Source of the DNA: Cyanophora paradoxa CCMP329
Lineage: Eukaryota > Plantae > Glaucophyta
Assembly (NCBI GenBank): GCA_004431415.1
Contig: QPMI01000640.1
Coordinates: 1 to 64,000, forward strand
Direction of reading: 5' to 3'
DNA: 64,000 nt
The notes under the pieces were generated by a model that worked only from the letters and a program-made list of their open reading frames with translations, ran no database searches and was not told where the DNA came from. The position numbers and the translations under genes were made by a program. The first letter of the stretch is position 1, and each line of letters starts with the position of its first letter. Below are positions 45,460 to 57,100 of the stretch, in pieces.

Positions 45460-46590
45460 CCGACGCGCGGGCGGGCGGAGCGGAGGCGCGGCAGATGCAA
45501 GCGGCGACGGCGCGGCGGGCGGAGGCGCGGCTCACTGAGCGGGTCGCAGGACAGGGCGGGGGCGCGGCGGGCGGCGGCGCGGCTCTCCGCGGGCGGGCCG
45601 GAGGCGCGGCGGGCGGCAGCGTGGCTCGCCGGGCGGGGCGGACGCGCGGCGAGCGGCGGCGCGGCTCTCCGCGGGCGGGCCGGAGGCGCGGCGGGCGGCG
45701 GCGCGGCTCGCCGGGCGGCGCGGGAGGCGCGGCGAGCGGCGGCGCGGCTCGCCGGGCGGGGCGGAGGTGAGGCGAGCGGCGGCGCGGGAGGCGCGCGGGC
45801 GGCGGCGCGGCTCGCCGGGCGCGGCGGAGGCGAGGCGAGCGGCGGCGCGGCTCGCCGGGCGGGGCGGGAGCGCGGCGGGCGGCGGCGCAGCTCTCCGCGG
45901 GCGGGCCGGACGCGCGGCGGGCGGCGGTGCGGCCCTCTGGGCGGCGCGGAGGCGGGGCGGGCAGCAGCGGGGCTCGCGGCGGGCGGCGGCGCGGCCCTCT
46001 GGGCGGCGCGGAGGCGGGGCGGGCAGCGGCGGGGCTCGCGGCGGCGCGGCTCTCCGCGGGCGGGCCGGAGGCGCAGCGGGCGGCTGCGCGGCTCGCCTGA
46101 CGGGGCAGCGGCTCGGGGGACGGCTGCGCGGCTCGCGGGGCGGGGCGGATGCACGACTGGCGGCCAGGTGGCGCGGCTCGCCTGGCGGGACCGGAGGCGC
46201 GGCGAGCGGCGGCGCGGCTCTCCGTGGGCGGGCCGGACGCGCGGCGGGCGGCGGTGCGGCCCTCTGGGCGGCGCGGAGGCGGGGCGGGCAGCAGCGGGGC
46301 TCGCGGCGGGCGGCGGCGCGGCCCTCTGGGCGGCGCGGAGGCGGGGTGGGCAGCGGCGGGGCTCGCGGCGGGCGGCGGCGCGGCCCTCTGGGCGGCGCGG
46401 AGGCGGGGCGGGCAGCGGCGGGGCTCGAGGCGGGCTCGCGGGGGCGGCGCAGAGGCTCGCGGGGCGGGACGGAGGCGGGGCGGGCGGCGGCGCGGCTCGC
46501 GGCGGGGGCGGCGCGGCTCGCGCAGGCGGCGGCACGGCCCTCTGGGCAGGGCGCAGGCGGGGCGGGCGGCTGCGCGGTTCGCGGCTGCTC
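45460..46590. repeat. G-rich complex tandem array (62-bp unit and shorter subunits)
   Basis: CGGCCCTCTGGGCGGCGCGGAGGCGGGG unit at 45930, 45992, 46257, 46319, 46381 and 46535, plus many GCGGCTCGCCGGGCG subunits. Confidence 0.85.
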
Positions 46591-47407
46591 CAAAGAATAA
46601 TACCGCAGGCAATGTGTACAGGGCAGCTAGTATATAGGCAGACCTAGACCTAGTATATATAGGCAGCCCGGCGCCGGCGGCACTTGGCCGCAAGTGTCTC
46701 GTTCCAACATGCATATGTACAAGGTTTTTGATCATGAAGCAGTGCCTAGTAAATGCATATGACTGTTATTTGCCAAGTTGAGGCTTGTTCAACGGTTTAA
46801 GCCTTTATATCAATATTCATGATCATGATGTTGTTCAGTGGTAATGGAGTCGACGTCACCCACCGAGGCCATGATCATGATCACATGATCAGTTTTCATG
46901 ATCACAGATTTGAATGAGGTCAACATGCCGGAATGATGTCAGGCTTGCAATTGAGAGCCGCTGAGCTCGTGACGGCGTCATGATCAGGCGTTTCGGCGGG
47001 CCCGGCCCTTACAGGTTAGGTTACTTTGCGAGTCCTGATCTTCTTATATATTCCAAAAGCCCTTTTTATTGTCGTTCTTATGATGTACTCCGATCTAATA
47101 GACCTGAATTCCATCCAAAGATATCCTGTTCGAAAAGAAACTTACTAAGTTATGCGGATGGCACATGGTGCCCTGGTCTCGCTCTAGACCCGGCCCATCT
47201 TATAGATTCTGAATCCCAGGGTAATATATGTTGGCTTTCAATGCTTCGATGCAGGCGCGGGGCCCTGCCTGGAGAGAACGCGTACGGGCAAGGTTCCGCG
47301 GGCCCATCCCCTCATGTGCCCCCCTCACTCCCTCAGCGGCGGGCTTTTTGTCTCGCGCCCGGCGTCCCCGGCCCATCTTATAGATTCTGAATCCCAGGGT
47401 AATATAC

Positions 47408-47747
47408 GCGGGTTTTTCTCGAGGAAATTGTCAAAACCGGAAACCCCTTGCCCCGAATTGTTGCCAGAATCTCGCCAGAATTTCTGAGATTCTTGAGATT
47501 GCGGGCTTTTCTCCGGGAAATTGTCAAAACCGGAACCCGCCTTGCCCCGAATTGTTGCCAGAATCTCGCCAGAATTTCTGAGATTCTTGAGATTGCGGGC
47601 TTTTCTCCGGGAAATTGTCAAAACCGGAACCCGCCTTGCCCCGAATTGTTGCCAGAATCTCGCCAGAATTTCTGAGATTCTTGAGATTGCGGGCTTTTCT
47701 CCGGAAAAATGTCAAAACCGGAAACCGCCTTGCCTCGAATTGTTGCC
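47408..47747. repeat. About 3.6 copies of a 94-bp tandem repeat
   Basis: Unit GCGGGCTTTTCTCCGGGAAATTGTCAAAACCGGAACCCGCCTTGCCCCGAATTGTTGCCAGAATCTCGCCAGAATTTCTGAGATTCTTGAGATT starts at 47408, 47501, 47595 and 47689. It is preceded by a duplicated ~39-mer (about 47190 and 47368). Confidence 0.92.
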
Positions 47748-48061
47748 ATGTAGACATTGCGTAAAAATCAAAAGGCGCCGGCGCCGGCGCCGCGTTGCGG
47801 TTGGGGAACGAGTGCTTCGCATGCACATGTACATGCCCATGGCCAGCTGTCTCGCTTTTGCTCATGATCAGAGTTCGAATTCCTCTTCACAAAACACCTG
47901 CCTAGACCTACACCTAATATTATTATTAATTATAAGCTTATCGCCATGGCGCCGGCCACCAGGCTTTCTTCGAATTCTCCTCCCCCACGCCCTCCCGGCA
48001 GGGGGAGGAGGGTGGGGGGGGGGGGGGGGGGGGGGGCTCTTTTATTCTCTGAACGGAGGGC

Positions 48062-48560
48062 GGGGGCCGCTCCGAGGCGAGGGGCGGGGCCCGCGCGCAC
48101 GCGGGCCGCCGAGCGGGCCGGGGTGGCACGCGCTGCGCGCCGCCGTCAGCGCCGCTGGCGGGAGGGCGCGGGAGGGGGAGGGGCGGCGGACCCCGGACGG
48201 GGCCCGCGGGCGAGCAGGCGCAGCCAGGCGCGGCGGCGGCGGCGGAGGGGCGGGGGCCGCTCCGAGGCGGGGGCGGGGCCCGCGCGCACGCGGGCCGCCG
48301 AGCGCGCCGGGGCGGCACGCGCTGCGCGCCGCCGTCAGCGCCGCTGGCGGGAGGGCGCGGGAGGGGAGGGGGCGGCGGACCTCGGACGGGGCCCGCGGGC
48401 GAGCAGGCGCGGCCAGGAGCGCGGCGGCGGCCGCGGCGGCGGTGGGGCGGCGGGCCGCGGGGCGCGCGCTCCGAGGCGAGGGCCGGGCGGGGCCGCGCGC
48501 GGGGCGCCGAGCGGGCCGGGAGGCAAGCGCTGCGCGCTCCGAAGGCGGCGAGGCGCTGTG
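48062..48560. repeat. About 190-bp GC-rich tandem duplication (2 copies plus a partial third)
   Basis: GGGGGCCGCTCCGAGGCG..GGCCCGCGCGCACGCGGGCCGCCGAGCG at 48062 and 48252; partial copy near 48468. Confidence 0.85.
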
Positions 48561-49195
48561 AGGCGCCGGCGCCGGCGAGGACCTCCGATGGCCATTCGTA
48601 CGCGTTCGCGCGCGTAGCTACCTACGCGCGAAGTCAGTTGGACAAGCACGGGGAGACGCGAAACGCCTAGGACGGTTCTATTATGGCCTGGAAGGCGGCT
48701 CCCTGCAGCTGGGAAGCTTAAGCGGCGCGCGGGCGGACGAGCACGCGCCTTGCTGCGCGGCATTCCACACGCTTAAGACGTGCAGTTCATCAATATAGAT
48801 GCTTCTCTGACAGGCCGAAGCTACGGTTGTCGCCCTCGGGAGCTGCGACAAGGGCGGCTCGACGATGGTCCAAGGCGGCCATGGCGCAAGCGCAGACAGC
48901 GTTCAAACTCCCACTGGAACATAGCTAGCGAGGCTAGCAGACTGCTGGAGTGCTGCTCGTGGCTCTCCCGGTTGCTTGCCATCTAGCACTCAACTTGGGT
49001 GGGAAAAACGCTATCTGGGGGTAACCCCAGATGCTACCCTAGACAACTTGTGCTGTGATAGCTACCAGCGCTGCGCACCGTGGCACTGCGGCATGCACGC
49101 CCCGGCGTCAGCTTCAGGGCACCGTGGCACAGCTGCAGCTTGCAGCTGCAGCTCAGCGGCTTCCTCCAGAGATCGCTGCCAGGCTGTGCCGAGTC

Positions 49196-51965
49196 ATGCA
49201 CAAGCCCGGCGCCGGCTGTACGCTTACGGCTTGCCCTCGAGCCGCGGGGGGATACGACGTACTTCTCACGGCGCGCCTCTACACTGCGGAAGACACGATG
49301 GACCTGCGGGGCCCAGATCCCGCGACGGCGCTCGCAGAGGCCCGGCGGCTCCGCGCCGCGTGGGAAGCGCGCCTGGCGGAGGCGACGCGCGCGGCGCGCG
49401 AGGCGGGGCCGCCGGCAGCGGGCCGCCTCGTCCACGCGATGGCTGAGCTGGACCGCGAGTATTTTAACGCGAGGGCCGTCCTCGCATTCCCTGCAAACGT
49501 CGCCCCCGAGAAGGAGAAGCGCGCCGCGGCGCTGGCGGCGGAGAAGGAGCTGAACGGCTTCTGGACGGCCTACGGATCGAGCGCGGAGCTGCTGGCGGCG
49601 CTGCGGGCGTGCGGCTCGGCGGGACTCGACGAGGAGAGCGCGGCGTACGTCGCGCGCGTGACGGCGGACCTCGAGCGGCACGGCGCCGGCCTCGCGGGGC
49701 CGGAGCGGGCGCGGCTGGCGGCGATCCGGGCGGAGGTGGCGGAGCTGGAGGGGGCGTACCAGAGGAACCTGCGGGAGGACCGCACGGCGCTCCTCTTCAC
49801 CCGCGACGAGCTCGCCGGCCTCCCCGAGGTGCGCCGCCGCCCCGCGCCGCCCCCCTGCCGGCGCCGGGGCACGGGGCACGGGGGCGAGGCTGGGTGTGGG
49901 GTCAGGATTTCTTTCACGCGGGGCGCCCCGTGCGGGAGGACGGGCGCGTGCAGCTCGGCCTCGGCTACCCCGACCTCCTGCCCGTGCTAAAGCGCGCGGC
50001 GCGGGCGGAGACGCGGCGGGCGATGGAGCAGGCGACGCACGCGCGGGGGCCCCCGGGCGAGAACGCGGCGCTGCTGCGGCGCGCCGTCGAGCTCCGCCGC
50101 GAGGCCGCCGCGCTCCTGGGGCGGCCCTCGCACGCCCACCTCGTCGCCGAGGCCGGCCCTCGCCCGCCCCCGCCCCGAGAGCGGCGCGCTGAGGGGCGGG
50201 GCGGGCGGGCAGGGGTGCGCGGCGCCCTCGCGGGCCTTCGTGGAGGAGTTCCTGTCCGACCTCTCCGCCGCCCTCGCCCCCGCCGCCCGCGCCGTGCCCG
50301 CCCCGCCCCGCTGGTCCCCGCCGCGTCGAGCGGGGGGCGGAGCAGGAGGCGGAGGCGCTGCTGGCGCTGAAGCGTGAGGCGGGGGCGGCGGGGGCGGAGG
50401 CGGGGGCGCTGCGGCCCTGGGACCTCCTGCACCTCCACCACCGCTCCCTCCGCGAGGCCCCCCGCCCCGCCCCGCCCCCGCCCCACAGCTCCGCCCCGCC
50501 CCCGCCGCCGCCGCCGGGGTTCGACGAGGAGGCGTTCAAGGAGTTCTTCCCGGCGGAGGCGGTGCTGGCGGGCACGCTGGGGACCTACGAGGCGCTGCTC
50601 GGCGTCCGCTTCGAGGCGCTCGCGCCCGGGGGCGGGGACCCCGCCGCGGAGGCCCTCCGCTGGCACCCCGACGTCCTCGTCTACGCCGCCCGCGAGGCCG
50701 CCCCGCCCCGCCAGGGCGCCTTCCTCGGGCACCTCCTCCTCGACCTCTACCCCCGCCCCGGCAAGTTCCCCCACGCCTCGGGCTTCCCCCTGCGGCGCGC
50801 CTGCGCCCTCCTGGACGCGGAGGGCCGCCCCGCCGGCTGGCAGGCCCCCGTCTCCGCGCTCGTCGCGAACCTCTCGCGGCCGCCGGGCGGGGAGGCGCGG
50901 CTGAAGCACGGGGAGCTGGTGACGCTCTTCCACGAGTGCGGGCACGCGATGCACTCGCTGCTCTCGCGGGCCCGCTTCGCGCGCCTGGCGGGGACCTCGG
51001 TGGAGGCGGACTTCGTGGAGGCCCCCGCGCTGATGCTGGAGCACTGGGCGTGGGACCCCGCCGTCCTCCGCCGCATGGCCCGCGCCCCGCCCGGCCGCTC
51101 CCAGGAGGCGCCCCCGGTCCCGCCCCCTCCCCTCTGCCCCCGCGCGCTCACGGGCCCGCACAGGACGTCGCGCGGGTGCTGGCGGCGATCGCGGGGGCGC
51201 GGGGCGCGAACGGGGCGCTGCTCGCCCGCCAGCGCCTCGCCACCGCCCTCTTCGACCAGCGCGTGCGCCCCGCCGCCGCCCCGCCCCGCCCCGCCGGGCG
51301 AGCGGGGGCGCGGGGGCAGGTGCACGGGCCGGAGGCGCTGGGGGAGGGGCCCTCGCTGGGGGGCCTGTACAGCGCGCTGCTGCGGGAGGCGGCGTGGACG
51401 GACCCGGGGCCCGAGCCGCCCCACGTCGACCGCTCCTCCTCCCTCCTCCACCTCAGCGCGCCCCCGCCCGCCCCGCCCCGCCCCGCACGGCCCCGGCCAA
51501 CCTCGAGCTCGTCGCAGTGTGCGGGTACGACGGGAGCTTCTACGGCTACCTTATGGCGCGGGCTTGGGGTACTTGGGGGGCCTCCGCGTCAGCGTGCAAG
51601 AGTCGTTGGAAGCCTGGCCTTGACTCCGCTTCGCTCGCAGCGGCAGCCATGTTCAACCGCTTCCTCCGCTGTTCCTGCTGCCCCCTCGCCGGCCGCGAGT
51701 ACCGCGAGGCGCGCCCGCCCCGCCCCGCCGCCGTCCGCTGCCGCCGCCGACGCGCCGGCGGCAGAAAGTGCTGGCGCCGGGGGGGAGCCGCCCCGCGGGG
51801 GCGACGCTGGCGGACTTCCTCGGGGCGGCGCCGTCGCCGGCGTCCCTGGCGCGCTCGCTGGCCGGCGACGTCGACGGCCCGCTGCGCGAGCAGGCCGCCG
51901 CCATGTGCTGGTGCCCCGCCTGTGACGCCTGCCGCTGCTCCTGCCCCTGCCGCCCCCGCCCCTGA
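49196..51965 (+). CDS. M3A metallopeptidase (thimet oligopeptidase/neurolysin-like)
   Basis: LERHGAGL..ELEGAYQRNLRED..ELAGLP; FLGHLLLDLYPRPGKFPHA; LKHGELVTLFHECGHAMHSLLS (HEXXH); DFVEAPALMLEHWAW; GYDGSFYGYL. Start is 49196 or 49298. Confidence 0.9.
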
Positions 51966-52008
51966 TCCGCCCCAATTGCCCAACTTGAGGGGAAGTCCAG
52001 GGGCCGAG

Positions 52009-52410
52009 CTAGGCCTGCTTGGCCGCGCCCGCCTTGTCCGCGGCCGGCTCCTCGATGAGGGATAGGCCGACGACCATGAAAACCGCGCCGAGCCACCAGA
52101 GCGCCCCCAGACGCTCCCCCAGGAGCAGCCAGGCGAGGAGTCCCGTAGCTGCCGTGTTGGCCGCCGTGTTCACCAGCGACGCCAACGCCGTCGACGACAA
52201 CGCCTGCATTGCCGCCGCATACACCGTCCACATCAGCGCGTTGCACGTCCACGCCGTACCGACGAAGACGACGCGCAGCGCCGGGTGCGAGGGGCATAGC
52301 GCGGTTGCCGCAGCGCAGGAGACGACGGCCAGCTTCATGCACACGGAGGACGAGGCCGCGAGCGCGCCGGAGGCCGCCGCGAGAACCGTGCCTTGCGCCC
52401 GCCCGCTCAT
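52009..52410 (-). CDS. TMEM42: Transmembrane protein 42-like (DMT/EamA half)
   Basis: Intronless 133 aa: AAASGALAASSSVCMKL..CNALMWTVYAAAMQALSSTALASLVNTAANTAATGLLAWLLLGERLGALWWLGAVFMVVGLSLI. Confidence 0.8.
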   Translation of the reverse strand: MSGRAQGTVLAAASGALAASSSVCMKLAVVSCAAATALCPSHPALRVVFVGTAWTCNALMWTVYAAAMQALSSTALASLVNTAANTAATGLLAWLLLGERLGALWWLGAVFMVVGLSLIEEPAADKAGAAKQA

Positions 52411-52937
52411 TCACAACTGCTTGCTTCGCTACGGCTCGCCGATCGAACGGGGGAAGGGGGGGGGGCGAGTGGGGGGGTATACGTAGGGGACCCGGTGACA
52501 TCCATGCATGGCCAGGCCTAGGGGATGAAGCGCGATCAAATGTGGCCTGCGCATGCGCATGCGCTGTATACGTATGCGCTGGGCGCCGGCATCAATCGCA
52601 AATTCGTTTCTCGGACTCTCTCGAGCTCTTTACATATTCTCGTCTCATCATGGCATCGGAATTCGAGATATCGATCAAATTTGTGATGAGGATTCGAACA
52701 ACTACGTACTACCGTAGTACGGTATACGCCTAGGCCTCGGCCCGGCGGCCTTGCAATTGCTGCGGCCGGGGCGCCCTGCCCTGTCATTCTAACGCTGCCC
52801 TAGGGCCTACTGCTACGCGTACGCTGCGTCTACTCTACATTCTAGGCACAGGTCCTTGAAAACTCACACGGTTGAACCAGGCCACTATCGAGCGACCAAG
52901 CCAGGCTAAAAAAGAGGCGACGTCGATGAAGAAACAA

Positions 52938-53660
52938 TTACAAGCAGGCATGAAAGAAAGTGTACAACATGCCGCCGGCCGCCCCGCCCCCGCCCCCGAC
53001 GCCGCCGCCCGGGCCGGCGCCGCGCGGGCGGCGCGGCGGCGTCGGGGGCGCCGTGGGCGGGGGCGGGCGGCCGGCGGCGGGCCGGCGCTGGGCGGGCCCG
53101 TCGTCGACGAGGCAGCGGAGGCCGCGGGGCTCCTCGTCGGCGCCCTCGGGCTCGGCCTCGGGCGCCGGGGCCGCCGGCGGCAGGTTCTTGACGCGGAAGG
53201 CGACCTGCATGCGCTCGTTCTCCCAGACGACGCTGTTCCCGTCCAGCCGCGCGCCCGACCTCGACGCCGCCTGCACCTCCCCGGCGCCCCCCGCCACCAC
53301 GAGGGCGGCGCCCTGCGCCCCCGCCGCCAGCTGGAGCTGCTCCTCGGCGGCCACGCCCACCTCGGCCTCCACTTCGTCGTCCTGTCGGCGAGGCAGGCGT
53401 CACTCAGGGATTTAGAGTTTGCTGCTGCCATCACTCGAAGCGCAAGGGACTGACCGACGGGGGAAAGTCGCCGAGCGAGTATGTCTCAGGCACCGAGAGC
53501 CATTCCCAGCTCCCGCTCGCCGCCACGCTTCTGCTGTCCTCGTCTCTCGCCGGCCCAAGCTGCCACGCCCCCTCCGCCTCTATGAACTCGACATCGTCCT
53601 CCAGGAGGGGCGAGCCGCTGCAGCCAATTGTGAGTCGACGGCGTACGTGCAGCAGGACAT
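52938..53660 (-). CDS. Hypothetical protein
   Basis: ATG 53660 followed by intron-bounded exons LLEDDVEFIEAEGAWQLG..SWEWLSVPETYSLGDF and SVVWENERMQVAFRVKNLPP. No known domain. Confidence 0.4.
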
Positions 53661-54147
53661 AACTCGACTATGCCACAGCGCTGCTAATATGTAAATCTAA
53701 ACTCGACATATGCCAAAGCGCTGCTAATATGGAGGCGGGCGGCGACAACCGCGGACCGGTCCATTACGGGAAAGAAGGCCGCTGGAGGCGACCGCGCCGA
53801 GTAGATGATGTCGAGATCTGCACAATTTGCCGCACCGCGAGTGAGGAAGGCGCCGGCAATCGCCGGCAGGCGCCATATGTCGGCGAGGATGCCGGGCGGC
53901 CAGCAAAGAGCTTCAGGCGCGGCCTAAGACCCATCCCCATGCGTCGCCGTTGACGCCGAAGCCCGCGCACCTGGCTGAGGGATCCGCGGCGCGAAGTTGC
54001 TGGGTCAGGGGGGTAGAGCATATTGCGAAGGCCGTGGAGCAAGCTTCTTCCACAGCCCAGGAAGTCGGAGTAGTTTCGCACACGCGCAGCCGGGCGCGTC
54101 TCCTGGTCACGCATTGTACTGGAGAGCGCCCAGCGGACTCGCGATCA

Positions 54148-57100
54148 ATGGGCGCGCCGAGCGACCTTCCGCCCGGCTTCAAAAGCTGCGGCGTCGCCAG
54201 TGTCAGAGGCCTGAAGGATTTGGAGTGCTTCGAACATGAGAGCGGCATGCGGTTCGTTCTGCAGCGCGTGGAGGGTCCCCTTTGCGCGGCCTGCATCGTC
54301 TTCAGGTGCGAGCGCCCGCCAGCTCGTGCGCAGTAGCGTGCGGCGCCCGCCGGCGCACGTGCAGCGGCGCGCGGGGCGTGGCTGACGGCGGCGACGCGCG
54401 CAGCACGGAGGCGTCGGACAACAAGGGCCTGCCGCACACGCTCGAGCACCTTGTCTTCATGGGATCAGAGTCGATCCCTTACAAGGGCCACCTCGACACG
54501 CTCGCCACGCGCTGCCTCTCCAACGGGACCAACGCGTGGACGGCCCCCGACCACACGGTGCGGCCCCCGCCGCCCCCCAGCCCCGCCGCCGGGAGGCGAG
54601 CGGGCGGCAGGCGTACACGGTGACGACGGCGGGGGCGGAGGGGATGGTGCGGCTGCTGCCGACCTTCATGGACCACCTGCTGCGGCCGACCCTCACCGAC
54701 GAGGCGCGCCGCCCCCGTCCCTCGCGAGGCGCCCCCGCCGCGCCCGGCGCGACCGATCCCCCGCAGGCCTTCGCGACGGAGGTCTACCACGTGAACGCTG
54801 AGGGGCAGCAGGTGCGCGGCGGCCCCGCGCGGCGCAGCGGGGGCCTGGGCGCGAGGGGGCGGGCGGCAGGCGGGCGTCGTCTTCTGCGAGATGCAGGGGC
54901 GGGAGACGACGGAGGCGCGTGGGGCCCTCGCCGCGGGCCGGCGTGGGCGTCCCGGCTGACGGGCCGGGTAGGACGACCTCTCGGAGAACGCCCTCCGCGC
55001 CCTCGTCTTCCCCGACGTGCCCCGCCCCGCCCCGCCCCGCCCCCGCCACCCGCCACCCGCCACCCGCCACCCGCGCCCACTGGGCGGCGGCGGCAGAGCG
55101 GGTACTGCTACGAGGCGGGGGGCCTGACGCCGGACATCGCGCGGCTGACGAACGCGGAAGTGCGGGCGTACCACGCGGCGCACTACCGCCCGGCCAACTG
55201 CACCGTCATCCTCCAGGCGCGCCCCCGCCGCGCCGCGCCGCGCCGGGCTCGCGGGGCTGAGGGGGTGCAGGGCGTGGTGGAGCCGCGGCTGCTCTTCGAG
55301 GCCCTCGCGAAGTACGAGCCGTCGCCGCTCGCCGTCCCCGCCCGCCCCGGGGCCCAGCTCGCCGCCCCCTGGTCCCGCCCGCTGCCGCCCCTGGCCCGCT
55401 CGGAGTCGCGCGTGGTCCCTTTCCCCGCGGAGGACGCGAGCGTGGGAGCGTGGCCCTCGGCTGGCGCGGCCCCGGCCTTGACGACCCGAGACCGCCGTCG
55501 CCCTCGGCGCGCCCGGCCCGCCCCCCGCCGCGCGGCGCGTGGGTTGACGGGTGGGGCAGCGGTGCTGTGCCGGTACCTGTCGGAAACGGCGGCGTCGGCG
55601 CTGAGCCGGCGCTTCGTGGAGCGGGCGGTGCCGCTCGCCGCGGAGGTGGCCTTCGACTCGCGCAGCTTCGCCGAGACCGCCCTCGAGCTCCACTTCGCCG
55701 GCGTCCCCGCCGCCCCCGCAGACGCGTCCGCCCCGGCCCCGCCCCCGCCCGCCCGCGCGAGCCTGCCCGAGGCGGGGCGCAGGGGCGGCACTGCGGCAGC
55801 GGCTGCTGCCACGACCACGACCACGACCACGACGACGAGGAGGAGGAAGACGGCGAGGGCAGCGAGGACGAGGGGACGAGGAGGAGGAGGAGGAGGAGGA
55901 CGAGGAGGAGGACGAGGAGGTGCGGGGCGGGCTGTGCGGTGCGCCCCGGTGGCCGCGGGGCGGCGAGCGGGGCGCAGGAGGCGGCGGAGGCGGTGGACGC
56001 GGTGGAGTTCGGGGCGGACCTCCTCCAGCCGGGCGCCCTCCTCGTCCGCCCCCGACGCCCCGCCCCGCCGGGGAGGGCGGGGCGAGCAGCGGGGCGCAGG
56101 GGCGGGCGCTGCGGGTGCTGCGTGCGGTGCGGGACGGGCGGGACCCGGCGAGGCCGGGGGCCTTCCTGGACCTGCAGGCCGGCATGCTCGACGCCATCGC
56201 CCGCCACCGCCTCAAGTTCACCGAGGCCCGCCCCCGCCCCCGCCCTTTCTCTCCCCGGGCCGCTGAGCGGGGCGGGGCAGACGGTGGAGGACGACCCGTA
56301 CGAGTCGGTGCAGAGCCTCCTCATCCCCGACATCCTCTTCGGCGCCCGCCCCGCCTGGGCCGCCCGCGTCGGCCGCCAGGTGTGCCTGCCTTCGCCCGCG
56401 CTGGGGGCCGGCGCGGAGGCGGGGCCGGCAGCTGCGGGAGCTCGAGGCGCTGGAGGCGCTCGAGGCGCGCACGCGGGGCCCGACGGGCGCTGGTTCTGGG
56501 CCTCCCTCGTCCGCCCCGCCCCGCCCCCGCCGCGCCGCGCCGCGCCTGACGGGGCGCAGCTGGACCGGTGGATGATCAGCGCGCCCGTGGCGGAGGTCAT
56601 CATGCGGCCCGACCCCGCCCTCGCCGAGCGCGCCGCCGCCGCCGAGGCCCGCCCCCGCCCGCCCCGCCCCCGCCGCCCCGCCCACCGCCGCGCAGAAGGA
56701 GCGCCACGCGGAGCGGTCGGGGCGCTGGGGCCGGCGGGCCTCGCCGCCCGCGCCGCCGCCCTCGAGGCCGCCCTCGAGCGCAACGCGTCCGCCCGCCCGC
56801 CCGCCCGCCCCGCGCCCCGTCCCGCCCCTCGAGCCCCCCGCAGGCGGCCGCTGCCGGCGGAGCACCCGGCGGCGCGGCTGGCCCCCCGCCGCGGGCGGAG
56901 GCCATCCCGCGCCTGCCCCGCACCGCCGCCCTCCTCACCCTCCCGCCCTCCGGGTGCCCGCCCCGCGCCCCGCCGCTCAGCTCCCTTGCGGGGCGCTGAG
57001 GGGGCGGGCGGGGAGGCCGGCGGGGGTGCCGGTGCAGGTGATCCGGTGCGGGACGCGGTTCGCGCACGTGCGGCTGGTGATGGAGACGGGGGCGCTGGGC

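Larger units (their letters stand above)
43968..49057. mobile_element. Non-autonomous CACTA/EnSpm-type element, 5090 bp, with cargo
   Basis: Left TIR CACAGCACAAGTAGTCTAGGGCGCATCTAGGGCGACACCCTAGATA; right TIR revcomp CACAGCACAAGTTGTCTAGGGTAGCATCTGGGGTTACCCCCAGATA. 3-bp TSD ATA (43965-43967 and 49058-49060). Subterminal ATCTAGGG/CCCTAGAT repeats. No transposase recognised. Confidence 0.8.

Noticed and set aside
45303-46735. 400-aa repetitive ORFs as real proteins
   Set aside because: They are open in nearly all frames because of the G/C tandem array and show no coding signature.
47408-47747. Regular repeat array as a CRISPR
   Set aside because: Units are head-to-tail with no unique spacers, there are no cas genes, and the context is eukaryotic.
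1526-48036. Poly-C/poly-G tracts (1526, 2500, 4860, 9036, 11502, 32154, 48014)
   Set aside because: Lengths are unreliable in assemblies, and no consistent positional pattern could be established from this window.
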